In this document: in pieces, positions 37,533 through 46,549 of the stretch
Layout of the letters: each line of letters begins with the position of its first letter
Position numbering within the stretch: position 1 is the stretch's first letter
Source of the DNA: Armatimonadota bacterium
GTDB taxonomy: Bacteria > Armatimonadota > UBA5829 > DTLH01
Reading direction: 5' to 3'
DNA length: 64,000 nucleotides
NCBI GenBank assembly: GCA_038207085.1
Contig: JBBRAE010000002.1
Span: forward strand, 141,708-205,707
Program-made: the position numbers and the translations under genes
The notes under the pieces: model-generated
Seen by the model: only the letters and a program-made list of their open reading frames with translations
Told to the model about the DNA's origin: nothing
Databases searched by the model: none

Positions 37533-38294
37533 ATGGGCGCTGTTGGTATTGTTGCGGGTTCGGGGCTTGAGATGGCTCCGCCGTTTGTGGGCTGGGAGAC
37601 CGTTTCGGCTAAAAGCCGGTTTGGTGTTATCGAGGTTCGCCGTGGGGAGATTGGCGGGCGGACGGTGCTTTTTTGCCCCAGGCATGGAAGCGAGCATACC
37701 GTTCCTCCGCATCTGGTGAACTACCGCGCGATTATTGCGGGGCTTAGCGCGCTTGGGGCGGATCGGATCATCGGCACGGCGGCGGTTGGGTCGCTGTCAT
37801 GCGACATTCGGCCAGGGACGGCGGCGGTTCTAACCGACTTTATGGACTTCACCCGGCGCGGCCCCGTCACGTTCGCCGACGGCGGAGCTGAAGGCTTTGC
37901 TCACACGGATTTGTCCGAGCCCTACTGCCCGGATATCTCGGGCGCGCTGCTCCACGCCTGCGGGGACTCAGGGATCGAGGTTACTACCCCCTGCACCTAC
38001 ATCTGCGTCGACGGGCCTCGCTATGAAACCCCCGCCGAGATCACGATGTACAGGCGCTGGGGAGCGGATGTGGTCGGGATGACCAACGCGCCCGAGGCGA
38101 TTCTGGCCCGCGAGGCGGGCGTCTGCTACGGCGCGGTCGCGGTGATTACCAACTTCGCCTGCGGGATCTCCCAGATGAAGCTTTCGCATCAGGAGGTGCT
38201 TGCGGCGATGGGCTCGGTCCAGGACAGGCTCGTTCGTGCGCTTGTGTTGGCTGTTGAGAAGATTCCCGGCGAGCGCGGATGCTCCTGTAGATGA
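37533..38294 (+). CDS. mtnP: S-methyl-5'-thioadenosine/thioinosine phosphorylase
   Basis: GIVAGSG, PRHG..H.VPPH.VNYRA, DGPRYETPAE, VVGMTNAPEAILARE, TNFACG. Confidence 0.92.
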   Translation: MGAVGIVAGSGLEMAPPFVGWETVSAKSRFGVIEVRRGEIGGRTVLFCPRHGSEHTVPPHLVNYRAIIAGLSALGADRIIGTAAVGSLSCDIRPGTAAVLTDFMDFTRRGPVTFADGGAEGFAHTDLSEPYCPDISGALLHACGDSGIEVTTPCTYICVDGPRYETPAEITMYRRWGADVVGMTNAPEAILAREAGVCYGAVAVITNFACGISQMKLSHQEVLAAMGSVQDRLVRALVLAVEKIPGERGCSCR

Positions 38295-38330
38295 GTAGCA
38301 GGCGGGACAAGTCTGCCCCGCCTGCTGAAG

Positions 38331-38684
38331 TTATTCAGACTCGATATCGGCTGTGCGGCTGATCGCGGCAACCGACTGCTCGATCTTGAACCTTGTCTCG
38401 TCGAGAAGCTGCTGCCTTTCACCGCCGAGCGCGAGCTGTGCGCTGTCTGTCGCGTCTTCGATGTATCGCAGCGATTCGTCGATCGCAAGCTGGTAGTCGC
38501 CGGACTCGGAATAGTCCATCGCCTCTTCAAGCCTGTCCCTGGCTTCGACGCCGTAACGGATGGCGGCGTGGATGGCCTCTTTGACTTCGTCCTCGGCATC
38601 GGTGTTCGCGGCGAGCTCCACCTGCATCGACATCTCACTTATGATCGATCGCGCATCAGCAAGAAGTATTTCCATTTCGTCCAT
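38331..38684 (-). CDS. Acidic helical hypothetical protein
   Basis: Clean ORF with an AAAGGA RBS and coding-like composition. Confidence 0.7.
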   Translation of the reverse strand: MDEMEILLADARSIISEMSMQVELAANTDAEDEVKEAIHAAIRYGVEARDRLEEAMDYSESGDYQLAIDESLRYIEDATDSAQLALGGERQQLLDETRFKIEQSVAAISRTADIESE

Positions 38685-38797
38685 AGATCACATTCCTTTC
38701 CCCAACGGCGCAAGCGCCGTCATTGACAGCTGCAAATATCTGCAAAATAGCAAGCGCGGATAGTGCCAGGGGCCTGCCTTTCACTCTGCCGATGTGG

Positions 38798-38824
38798 ATA
38801 CCCACAAGCGTGCAAGGGCCAAAC
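38798..38824 (-). promoter_or_regulatory. SigB/SigF-like promoter candidate GTTT-N17-GGGTAT
   Basis: Oriented toward the 38684 gene. Confidence 0.55.
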
Positions 38825-38984
38825 TGAGACGATTTAGCAAAAGTACGAGTTGACGCGGGGCCTGAAGCCTGCTATCAATAGTATAGTGCTTGCGAAAAGC
38901 AAGTTTTTAGCCGCCACAAGAGCGGAACCGAAGGACGAGAATGAAAATGACACAAACCGCCATTTTCAAAGGAGAAAAAGAGTT

Positions 38985-39071
38985 ATGCATACACTGTTGG
39001 CCGCAGCCAGTTGGTTTGCGGTGCTGTTCATCGTGGTTGTTCCGCCGAACGCCGCGTCTGTTGCGGTTTAG
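38985..39071 (+). CDS. 28-aa hydrophobic small ORF or gene remnant
   Basis: AAAGGAG RBS; MHTLLAAASWFAVLFIVVVPPNAASVAV*. Confidence 0.35.
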   Translation: MHTLLAAASWFAVLFIVVVPPNAASVAV

Positions 39072-39480
39072 GCCCATTGGCCGAGGATTTTCAAGAGATG
39101 GACTCCGAATTCAGGATCAAGGGCACGTTCGGCGCGGGCGCCGATGAGCTCGATTATGATAACATCGAGGACCAGGTAGACGCTCATACCTTCCCTGGGA
39201 CAGCCGACGAGCGCGCCGTTCTCGCGTCCGATCCCTGCGTGGAAGTGGAGGAGCGGCTTACCGTCATGCGGGAATATGGCGCCAAATCCGACAAGTTTCC
39301 GTGCATCGTCGAACTCCTCAATATGAGGTATCACCTTGCCAGTCACTTCTTTTGGGCCGGTGACGACCTTTCCGGAGCGGATCCCGCCGACTGCGAGGAC
39401 AGCGGCGGACTCGATGTTCTCCCGTCCGGCTATCTCCTGCACTGAATCGTAGACCGATTCCTCGTCGTGGGGGCGTGGTT
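39068..39480 (-). pseudogene. PPC/DUF296 domain protein, apparently 5'-truncated next to a REPIN
   Basis: HDEESVYDSVQEIAGRENIESAAV.AVGG...LHFHAGIGR..ALVGC. No plausible native start; the upstream frame runs through the repeat. Confidence 0.6.
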
Positions 39481-39490
39481 TTCCTCTATG

Positions 39491-39639
39491 TGGAGTGCGG
39501 CGAGCAATCGCCGCTTTGTTGTTGGGCGACAGCAAGGCGCGCAAGCGCCATATTATCGCCGGCTGGAAGATTTGTGAAAGCGGCTCTCGCAAGCCGCACT
39601 CCAAAGTTAGCTTGATCGCTGCCGATAATTCCTACATGC
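39491..39639 (+). repeat. 149-bp REPIN-like element (two inverted TGGAGTGCGG REPs plus a 35-bp tail), copy 1
   Basis: Near-identical reverse-complement copy at 59198-59346. Confidence 0.85.
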
Positions 39640-39671
39640 GCCCCTCATCTTGTCGGGTTTGACGATGCGGG

Positions 39672-40802
39672 TTGGGCATGGTAGAATCGTGCGTGGCCGT
39701 GGTCAGTAATTCTATCAAAATTCTTCATGTGGTTCGTAGAGCCGAGGGTGGCATACTTGCGCACGTCTCGGCGCTCCTCGGGGGGCTGGACTCTGCGTTT
39801 GTGCAGTCCGTCGCCGCCTCTCCTGAGGCCCTGATCTCGTTTGAGGCATTGGGGGCCGACAAGTTGCTTCCAATTGATATCGGTGATCGGCTCGGGCTTC
39901 GCACACTCTTTCAGGCGGTCTCTATTGCGAGGTCTGCCAGACGCGCAGGCGTCGACATCATCCACGCTCATGGCTACAAGGCCGCCGTTCCCACGGTTAT
40001 CGCGGCGCGTATGGCGCGTGTGCGCTCAGTCGTCACCGGGCACAACCTTTTCCCCGAAAACGCTTCTCTTCCTGCTCGGATTTCACTTAGACTCGTCGCG
40101 GCTTGCGCGGACAAAGTTATCGCCGTCTCTGGGGCGCTTGGCGGTTCGCTTATCGCAGCCGGTGTAGACCAGGGCAAGGTCGCGGTCGTGCCGTGTGGGA
40201 TCGATACCGATGCGTGCGCGGGTGGGGACGGACCTGCGGCGAGGAGGTCGATCGATATCGCGACAAGCGAGCCTATGGTGCTTGCGGTCGCGCGATTGAC
40301 CGGGGTCAAGGGGATCGAGTTTCTCATTCGGGCTGCGGGCTGGATCGGTGAGAAGCGCTCCGACGTGCGCTTTGTGGTCGCAGGTGACGGGCCGGATCGC
40401 GCCGAGCTTGAGCACGTAGCCGAGGGCGTCGCGCCGGGGGCGTTCAAGTTCCTGGGATACCGGGAGGACGTGCGTGATCTTGTGGCGGCGGCCGATGTCG
40501 TCGCGGTGCCATCTCTTGCCGAAGGCTACGGGCTGATGGCCGCTGAAGCTATGGCGGCGGGCCGGGCGGTTGTCGCCTCGCGGGTCGGCGGGCTCGCCGA
40601 CAACATAAGCGACGGGGTGACCGGGGTTCTTGTGGCACCAGGGGACCCCGAGGCGCTTGCCGTGGCGATTATGTCGCTTCTGGACTCGCCGGAGAAGCGC
40701 GCGGCTCTTGGGGAGGCGGCGCGAGAATATGCGCAGCGGGAGCTTGGTATCGAAAAGATGTTTCGGCAAACCGAGGAGGTCTATCGTTGCGTCGTCTCTT
40801 GA
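39672..40802 (+). CDS. GT4 glycosyltransferase
   Basis: IIHAHG, VARL..VKG, PSLAEGYGL.AAEAMAAG..VVASRVGG; exact start uncertain. Confidence 0.92.
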   Translation: MGMVESCVAVVSNSIKILHVVRRAEGGILAHVSALLGGLDSAFVQSVAASPEALISFEALGADKLLPIDIGDRLGLRTLFQAVSIARSARRAGVDIIHAHGYKAAVPTVIAARMARVRSVVTGHNLFPENASLPARISLRLVAACADKVIAVSGALGGSLIAAGVDQGKVAVVPCGIDTDACAGGDGPAARRSIDIATSEPMVLAVARLTGVKGIEFLIRAAGWIGEKRSDVRFVVAGDGPDRAELEHVAEGVAPGAFKFLGYREDVRDLVAAADVVAVPSLAEGYGLMAAEAMAAGRAVVASRVGGLADNISDGVTGVLVAPGDPEALAVAIMSLLDSPEKRAALGEAAREYAQRELGIEKMFRQTEEVYRCVVS

Positions 40803-42946
40803 TCGTGCTTGTAATTGTTCTATTTGCTTGCTCGGCGGCTGTATCGGCGGGACGGCTTGTCATCGTGACGGTGAACGGCGTTTCGCTTGATGAGCTTCTT
40901 GACCCACGCCAGAAGAATATTAACGCGCTTGTCGGGGACGGGGCGATCGGGGTGATGAATGCCCGCACCGCCTCAGGGGCCGACGAAGAGGTGGGGCGAT
41001 ACTCGATGGAAGGGGCATGTGCGACGATCGGGGCGGGCACCCGCGCTTCGGCTGGGGTCGATGCCCGTGAGGCGTTTGACGCAGGAGACTCCGACCAGCA
41101 AAGACCGGTGCGGGAGACCTACGAGAGCCGGTCTGCCCATGACGCGGGAAACGCTGAAGTGCTCCATCTTGAGATCAACTCGCTTCGCTTTGACAACGCC
41201 GACGCGCATTATCCAATCAAAATCGGCGAGCTTGGGACGCTTCTTCACCAGGCCGGACTGCGAACCGCCATAGTGGGGAACAGCGATCAGGCCGCGATCA
41301 AACACCGTGAGGCCGCTTTGATCGTCGCGGACGACGAGGGAGTGGTCGACTTCGGCGACGTTGGGCGCAGGCTCTCACAAAGGGACGATGGCTGGCCCTA
41401 CAGCACCCGCACCGACTCAGGCAGGCTGATATCGGCCTACAGGGAGGCGATTCGGCGGGCTGATGTTGTTGTAGTCGACACCGGGGACACCTCGCGGGCG
41501 GCGAGTTACTCGTTGCTCTGCACCGCTTCGCAGGCCGAGATCTTTTCGCGAAGAGCGGTCGCTTCGGCGGACAGCATCATCGGGGCGCTGGTGCGCGAGC
41601 TGGATCTTTCCAAAGACAGGATTGTAGTCATCTCACCGAGCCCGTCGCCTGCGGCTGTTGCCAAAGGGGATTGCCTCGTGCCCGTGGTTGCGGCAGGGGC
41701 GGGGATCGCTCCGGGGCTGCTGTTTTCGCACTCGACGCGCACTCCGGGGTTGCTTACAAACGCCGATATCTCAGCAAGTGTTCTTGATTTCTTTGGGATA
41801 GCGCTACCGAGTTCGTTTGTCGGTAGACCCCTTTCCGTGCGATCCGGATCAGTCCCGGATGTCCGACAGGTGAACCACGACGCGATAATGGTCACACTGC
41901 GCCAGCCCGCGATGCGGGGGATTTCGGTGTTTATGCTCGTGATGGTCGTTCTCGCTTCAGTCGGCGCGGTCTGGGGGAGGGGACGTCTCAGGTGGCCCGC
42001 ATGGGTGGCGTTGCTTCCGACGGCCACTATTCTTGGGACGCTCTGGCTGCCTGCGTTCCTTGACGCAGGGCTTGTCTGCTCCGTCGCCGCGCTCAGCGCT
42101 TTGACCGCTTCTATCGTGCTTGTGGGTGGGACTGTTTTGCGCTCTCCCTGGAAGGTGTTTGTCTGGGTCTGCTTGGGCGTGATTTTGACGGTGCTTTTCG
42201 ATGTTGCCCGGGGAAGCGAGCTCTTGCGCCACTCAATTATGAGTTACAGTCCGGTCGAGGGGGCACGCTACTACGGCATCGGAAACGAGCACATGGGTAG
42301 CGCCATTGGGGCGGCGATGATATTTGCAGGCGTCCTCGCCTCGGCGATGCTCAAGCGCCCGAGGCTTCGGATGGTTACGCTTGGGGTGTTTCTCACCGCA
42401 GTGACGGCGGCTATCGGACTTCCTCCGCTTGGGGCGAACGCGGGGGGGGCGATGTCGGCGGCGGCGGCTGTTGCGGTGGGGTTGATCCTATGGCGCGGCA
42501 AAGGGGTCAGTCGTAAGTGTATACCGCTTGCCATTGTCGCGATTCCCGCGGCGCTTGGGCTGCTGCTTCTTTTCGATAGTTTCACTTCGGGGTCTTCCCA
42601 GTCCCATGTCGGGCGCGCGGCGAACCTGATCGCTTCTGGAGGACTTGTGGAGATGTTTGGGATCATCGAACGCAAGGCGGCGATGAACCTGATGCTCCTG
42701 CAGTTTAGCCTTTGGAGCAAGCTATTGATAGGCTCGGTTGCGGCGGTTGTCGCTCTTCTTGCGATCGGTGAGCTTGGGGTGCTGTCGCGTCTGCGGGCCA
42801 ACAGGTCGATTTTTTACGGGGTGGTCGCTGCCGGGGTGGGGGCTGTTGCGGCGTTCTTGTTCAACGACTCAGGCGTGGTCGCCGGAGCTACGGCGTTTAT
42901 CTACGTCTGGACCGCGGTCCTGCTTGCCTCCCTGGCTACGAAATAG
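40787..42946 (+). CDS. Membrane protein: extracytoplasmic alkaline-phosphatase-like domain plus multi-TM C-terminus
   Basis: Signal peptide; STRTPGLLTNADISA; GARYYGIGNE; GAN.GG; NDSGVVA; about 10 hydrophobic segments. Confidence 0.7.
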   Translation: MRRLLIVLVIVLFACSAAVSAGRLVIVTVNGVSLDELLDPRQKNINALVGDGAIGVMNARTASGADEEVGRYSMEGACATIGAGTRASAGVDAREAFDAGDSDQQRPVRETYESRSAHDAGNAEVLHLEINSLRFDNADAHYPIKIGELGTLLHQAGLRTAIVGNSDQAAIKHREAALIVADDEGVVDFGDVGRRLSQRDDGWPYSTRTDSGRLISAYREAIRRADVVVVDTGDTSRAASYSLLCTASQAEIFSRRAVASADSIIGALVRELDLSKDRIVVISPSPSPAAVAKGDCLVPVVAAGAGIAPGLLFSHSTRTPGLLTNADISASVLDFFGIALPSSFVGRPLSVRSGSVPDVRQVNHDAIMVTLRQPAMRGISVFMLVMVVLASVGAVWGRGRLRWPAWVALLPTATILGTLWLPAFLDAGLVCSVAALSALTASIVLVGGTVLRSPWKVFVWVCLGVILTVLFDVARGSELLRHSIMSYSPVEGARYYGIGNEHMGSAIGAAMIFAGVLASAMLKRPRLRMVTLGVFLTAVTAAIGLPPLGANAGGAMSAAAAVAVGLILWRGKGVSRKCIPLAIVAIPAALGLLLLFDSFTSGSSQSHVGRAANLIASGGLVEMFGIIERKAAMNLMLLQFSLWSKLLIGSVAAVVALLAIGELGVLSRLRANRSIFYGVVAAGVGAVAAFLFNDSGVVAGATAFIYVWTAVLLASLATK

Positions 42947-43014
42947 GGCAGGAACCTTTCGGCCCTGCCCCATCTCAGTCTGCAGTATCCAGTAGGCCCG
43001 ACAGTCTGTGCGGG

Positions 43015-43863
43015 TTAGTAGGTCGGAACCGTGTTCATGCTCGGTGGATAGGTCATGGTTGGTCCAGACCCCACCGGCGCGGTTGTAGTTGTCATCGTTG
43101 GCTGCGTGACCGCAAAGCCCATGCCTTCATGTGCAAACGGATATCTGCTGACATCCATTACGCTGTTCGGGTTCAGGCCATACTCGCGGGCGATCTGCTG
43201 CCAGGTGTAACCGCGGTCTGTCCAGGAAAGGACTTCCTGAGTCGATGCGCCGGTCTTGGCGGCGATGTTGGTCGCGACGGCGATGTCCTGCCATCGATAG
43301 CCGAGCCTTGAGAGTCTCTCAGCATCGTAGCGGGTCAGCACCGGGTTGCCCCAGGGATCGGTCTTGTAGTAGATCGGCTGGTAGCCGTATTCGGTTGAAT
43401 ACCCAGCGACTCTGGTCATGACTGCCGGCGCGGATGTGATCGCGACGAGCGACAGGTTGCAGCGAGTCGCGATGTCCGAATAGGCCATGCCCTGGCTGCG
43501 AAGTGCGGCAATCTCAAGGATCGGACGTTTCGCCTGCATGGCGATATTGGCCATCAGTTGAATGTCACCCCAACTCCATCCGGCGGCGCGCAGCTGCATT
43601 ACGGAGTTGCGGTCCACTCCGAAGTTGGCGACTGCCAGGTTGGTGTTGAATGCCTCGACCTCGGCCGAAGTCATCGGCATTGTGGTCGAAGGCATGGTTG
43701 AAGGCATCATAGACGGCATTGTTGGCGTCGTGGCCGGCGGCATTGTCTCATGAGCCGGTCCGGATCCAGCCGGAGGCTGCGCAAGCGGAACATTGTTTCC
43801 GTTTGCGAAGACTGCGACACTGATCGCCAGCAATAGAACTACTAGAATTGTTGTGAAGCGCAT
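43015..43863 (-). CDS. Secreted hypothetical protein with a duplicated helical domain
   Basis: AAGGAGG RBS before ATG 43863; signal peptide; two G(W/Y)xWxDI..xNIA repeats. Confidence 0.8.
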   Translation of the reverse strand: MRFTTILVVLLLAISVAVFANGNNVPLAQPPAGSGPAHETMPPATTPTMPSMMPSTMPSTTMPMTSAEVEAFNTNLAVANFGVDRNSVMQLRAAGWSWGDIQLMANIAMQAKRPILEIAALRSQGMAYSDIATRCNLSLVAITSAPAVMTRVAGYSTEYGYQPIYYKTDPWGNPVLTRYDAERLSRLGYRWQDIAVATNIAAKTGASTQEVLSWTDRGYTWQQIAREYGLNPNSVMDVSRYPFAHEGMGFAVTQPTMTTTTAPVGSGPTMTYPPSMNTVPTY

Positions 43864-44031
43864 TGTGTTCCCTCCTTGACGGTGGTTTAGCGCCGCATAT
43901 CCATTGCGGCGGACTCCAGGCAAAATACTGCCCAAACTAATCAATCGCGAAAAACGGTATCATAAATTGGAAGTGGCGCCCACCTCCTTTCGTATAGAAG
44001 CCGGATATAAATAGGCTCCAGCACGGCAAGC

Positions 44032-44058
44032 ATACCCAGGCTGTCAAACATGGCAAAC
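44032..44058 (-). promoter_or_regulatory. SigB/SigF-like promoter candidate GTTT-N17-GGGTAT
   Basis: Oriented toward the 43863 gene. Confidence 0.5.
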
Positions 44059-44492
44059 ATTCAAGCGGAAAGATATCATATTAGCTGAACAATTGTCATA
44101 GATGAGCTTGTTGGAGGGCCGGTAGATGAAGAAGTGGATATGGGTAATCGTCGGCGCCGCGTGCGCGAAGCCCTCACCCTGTCACAAGCTCGCGTCGACC
44201 ACATGACCGCGGCGCTTGTTTACCTGTCCCCATCCCCGGGCTCGCGGGTAAAGCGGGTCGATATCAACTCCATCAGCACGCGGACCGGGCACGAGACTGA
44301 TCGCACCGCCTGGTCTTCCTCAGATCGCTAGTTCTTTGTCTGGACTTCTACAGACTCTACTGTTAACCGCTACGAAATCCGCCCGTAACAATAGGGTGGC
44401 ATAATCTTATTGTAAGTTGCAGTAAGAGCTCACTGCCCGGTGGCAACCGGCCAGTTGCCACCAATGTCCGATTACAGAGAGGAGACAGCTAC

Positions 44493-46052
44493 ATGTCCAG
44501 AACAAGACTCAATATGTGGATCATTCTGATCTGCGCGTTTCTATCCCTCGCCTCAGCGGCCGTAGTGCTCGCCGCAGGACCCGTCAACGATGTTGACGGC
44601 ACCAAAACAGGCACCGCGCAGGATGTAGTCGGGGCGACGGCAGGAGCGCCCTCGGCTGAAGATCTCACCACTGCCAAGACAAGTGAACCGTTTGCAGCAA
44701 AACTCGCAGACGTCGTCGGCCAAAACAGGGTGGGCCTCAACCTGACCTGGACCCTGATCGCGGGGTTCCTCGTTATGTTTATGCAAGCGGGGTTCGCTCT
44801 CGTTGAGACCGGTTTCACCAGGGCCAAGAATGCGGCCCACACCATGTTTATGAACTTTTCGGTCTACGCGATAGGTATAATCGGTTTCTTTATCTGCGGG
44901 TTCGCCTTTATGTATGGCAACGCGGGGCCGATAGGAAACCTTGGAGGGACCCCCGCGCTTGCCGGAGGACACGAGCTCTATATAACGCTTTTCGGCAAGC
45001 AAATGGGGATCATCGGAACAAGCGGGTTCTTCCTTGGAGGCAAGTGCTACGACGTTATGGTCGCTGCCTTGTTCCTGTTCCAAATGTGCTTTATGGACAC
45101 GGCGGTCACGATCCCGACCGGTGCGCTCGCCGAGCGCTGGAGGCTCAAGAGCTTCGTTGTCTACGGGTTCTTTATGTCGATGTTTCTCTATCCGATATTT
45201 GGAAACTGGGCGTGGGGCGGCGGATGGCTCGCCAAGCTCGGTGAGAACTTCGGTCTGGGAGCTGGCTATATGGACTTCGCCGGTTCCGGCGTCGTTCACT
45301 CCGTCGGTGGACTCTGCGGGCTGGCGGGCGCCATAGTGCTTGGCCCGAGAATCGGCAAGTTCAACCGTGACGGAAGCGCCAACGCGATTCCCGGCCATCA
45401 CATTCCGATGGCGATCCTTGGAACACTGATTCTTGCCTTCGGCTGGTTTGGGTTCAACCCCGGAAGCACCCTTGGAGCGTCCGGCGGCAACAACTTCCGC
45501 TTTGCGATGGTTGCGACAAACACGATGCTCGCATCGGCCGCCGGTATGGCGACGGCAATCATCTATATGCTCTGGAAGGTGGGCAAGCCTGATCCTACGA
45601 TGGGCGCAAACGGTATGCTAGCGGGGCTCGTTGCGATCACCGCGCCGTGTGCTTTCGTAAACCCGATGGCTGCTGTCCTGATCGGCGGCATCGCCGGTAT
45701 CCTGGTGTGCGTTTCGGTCTACTTTGTCGACAGGATTCACGTTGACGACCCTGTGGGTGCGATCTCCGTTCACGGAGCTTGCGGACTCTTTGGTGTTCTC
45801 TCGGTCGGACTCTTCTCTGACGGCACCTTCAACGGCGTCAAGGGCATCTTCTACGGAGGCGCCATGGGCCAGCTCTGGGCGCAGATCATAGGTATCATCA
45901 CGCTGATCGTCTGGGCGTTTGGAGTGAGCTTTGTCTTCTTTAAGGTTATGGACAAGATAATCCCGATGCGCTCACCCAAAGACGAAGAGATCGGCGGGCT
46001 CGACCTTCCCGAGACGGGTATCCTTGCATACCCCGAGTTCGAACTGAGATAA
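44493..46052 (+). CDS. amt: Ammonium transporter
   Basis: FMQAGFALVETG, DFAGSGVVH, FGWFGFNPGS, DDPVGAISVHG. Confidence 0.97.
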   Translation: MSRTRLNMWIILICAFLSLASAAVVLAAGPVNDVDGTKTGTAQDVVGATAGAPSAEDLTTAKTSEPFAAKLADVVGQNRVGLNLTWTLIAGFLVMFMQAGFALVETGFTRAKNAAHTMFMNFSVYAIGIIGFFICGFAFMYGNAGPIGNLGGTPALAGGHELYITLFGKQMGIIGTSGFFLGGKCYDVMVAALFLFQMCFMDTAVTIPTGALAERWRLKSFVVYGFFMSMFLYPIFGNWAWGGGWLAKLGENFGLGAGYMDFAGSGVVHSVGGLCGLAGAIVLGPRIGKFNRDGSANAIPGHHIPMAILGTLILAFGWFGFNPGSTLGASGGNNFRFAMVATNTMLASAAGMATAIIYMLWKVGKPDPTMGANGMLAGLVAITAPCAFVNPMAAVLIGGIAGILVCVSVYFVDRIHVDDPVGAISVHGACGLFGVLSVGLFSDGTFNGVKGIFYGGAMGQLWAQIIGIITLIVWAFGVSFVFFKVMDKIIPMRSPKDEEIGGLDLPETGILAYPEFELR

Positions 46053-46065
46053 TAGGAGGCTATAA

Positions 46066-46407
46066 ATGATTAAAATAGAAGCTATAATCAGGCCGAACAG
46101 GCTGGACGATGTGAAGGCTGCGCTCGATGACCTAGGGCTCTGGGGAATCACCGTCACCCACGTGATGGGAAGCGGCAAGCAGAGAGGCCGCACCCAGCAC
46201 TACCGGGGCCAGGAGTATGTGGTCAACCTGCTCGACAAGGTGAAGATAGAGACGGTCGTTATGGACGATCAGGCCGAGGCTGTGGTCGAGGCGATATCTG
46301 CTTCCGCTTCGACAGGTGAGATCGGCGACGGAAAGATCTTCGTCACCAAAGTTGACAACGCGGTTAGAATCAGAACCCGCGAGTCAGGAGACGCAGCGCT
46401 CCGGTAA
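46066..46407 (+). CDS. glnK: P-II nitrogen regulatory protein (GlnK/GlnB)
   Basis: KIEAIIRP, YRGQEY T-loop, TGEIGDGKIFV, RIRTRE. Confidence 0.93.
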   Translation: MIKIEAIIRPNRLDDVKAALDDLGLWGITVTHVMGSGKQRGRTQHYRGQEYVVNLLDKVKIETVVMDDQAEAVVEAISASASTGEIGDGKIFVTKVDNAVRIRTRESGDAALR

Positions 46408-46424
46408 GTGAAAGATATCAAACC

Positions 46425-46496
46425 TTGTGCCGCGGGGACAATGCCGACCTAGTAGTAGTCCGGCTTCTTGTCCACCCAAATGTCCCCGCGGCACAA
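46425..46496. repeat. 16-bp perfect inverted repeat with a 40-nt loop after the PII gene
   Basis: TTGTGCCGCGGGGACA / TGTCCCCGCGGCACAA. Confidence 0.7.
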
Positions 46497-46549
46497 TACT
46501 ACCTTCAGGCTCTGAACTCTATACTTTTTGAAGAAAGGACGGTCCCCGG

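Noticed and set aside
44126..44331. MKKWIWVIVGAACA... signal-peptide-like start with a GGAGG RBS
   Set aside because: Stops after 26 codons; probably a decayed remnant that cannot be identified
44340..44490. GlnR/TnrA/NtcA box, sigma54 promoter or glutamine riboswitch upstream of amt
   Set aside because: No match with correct spacing was found
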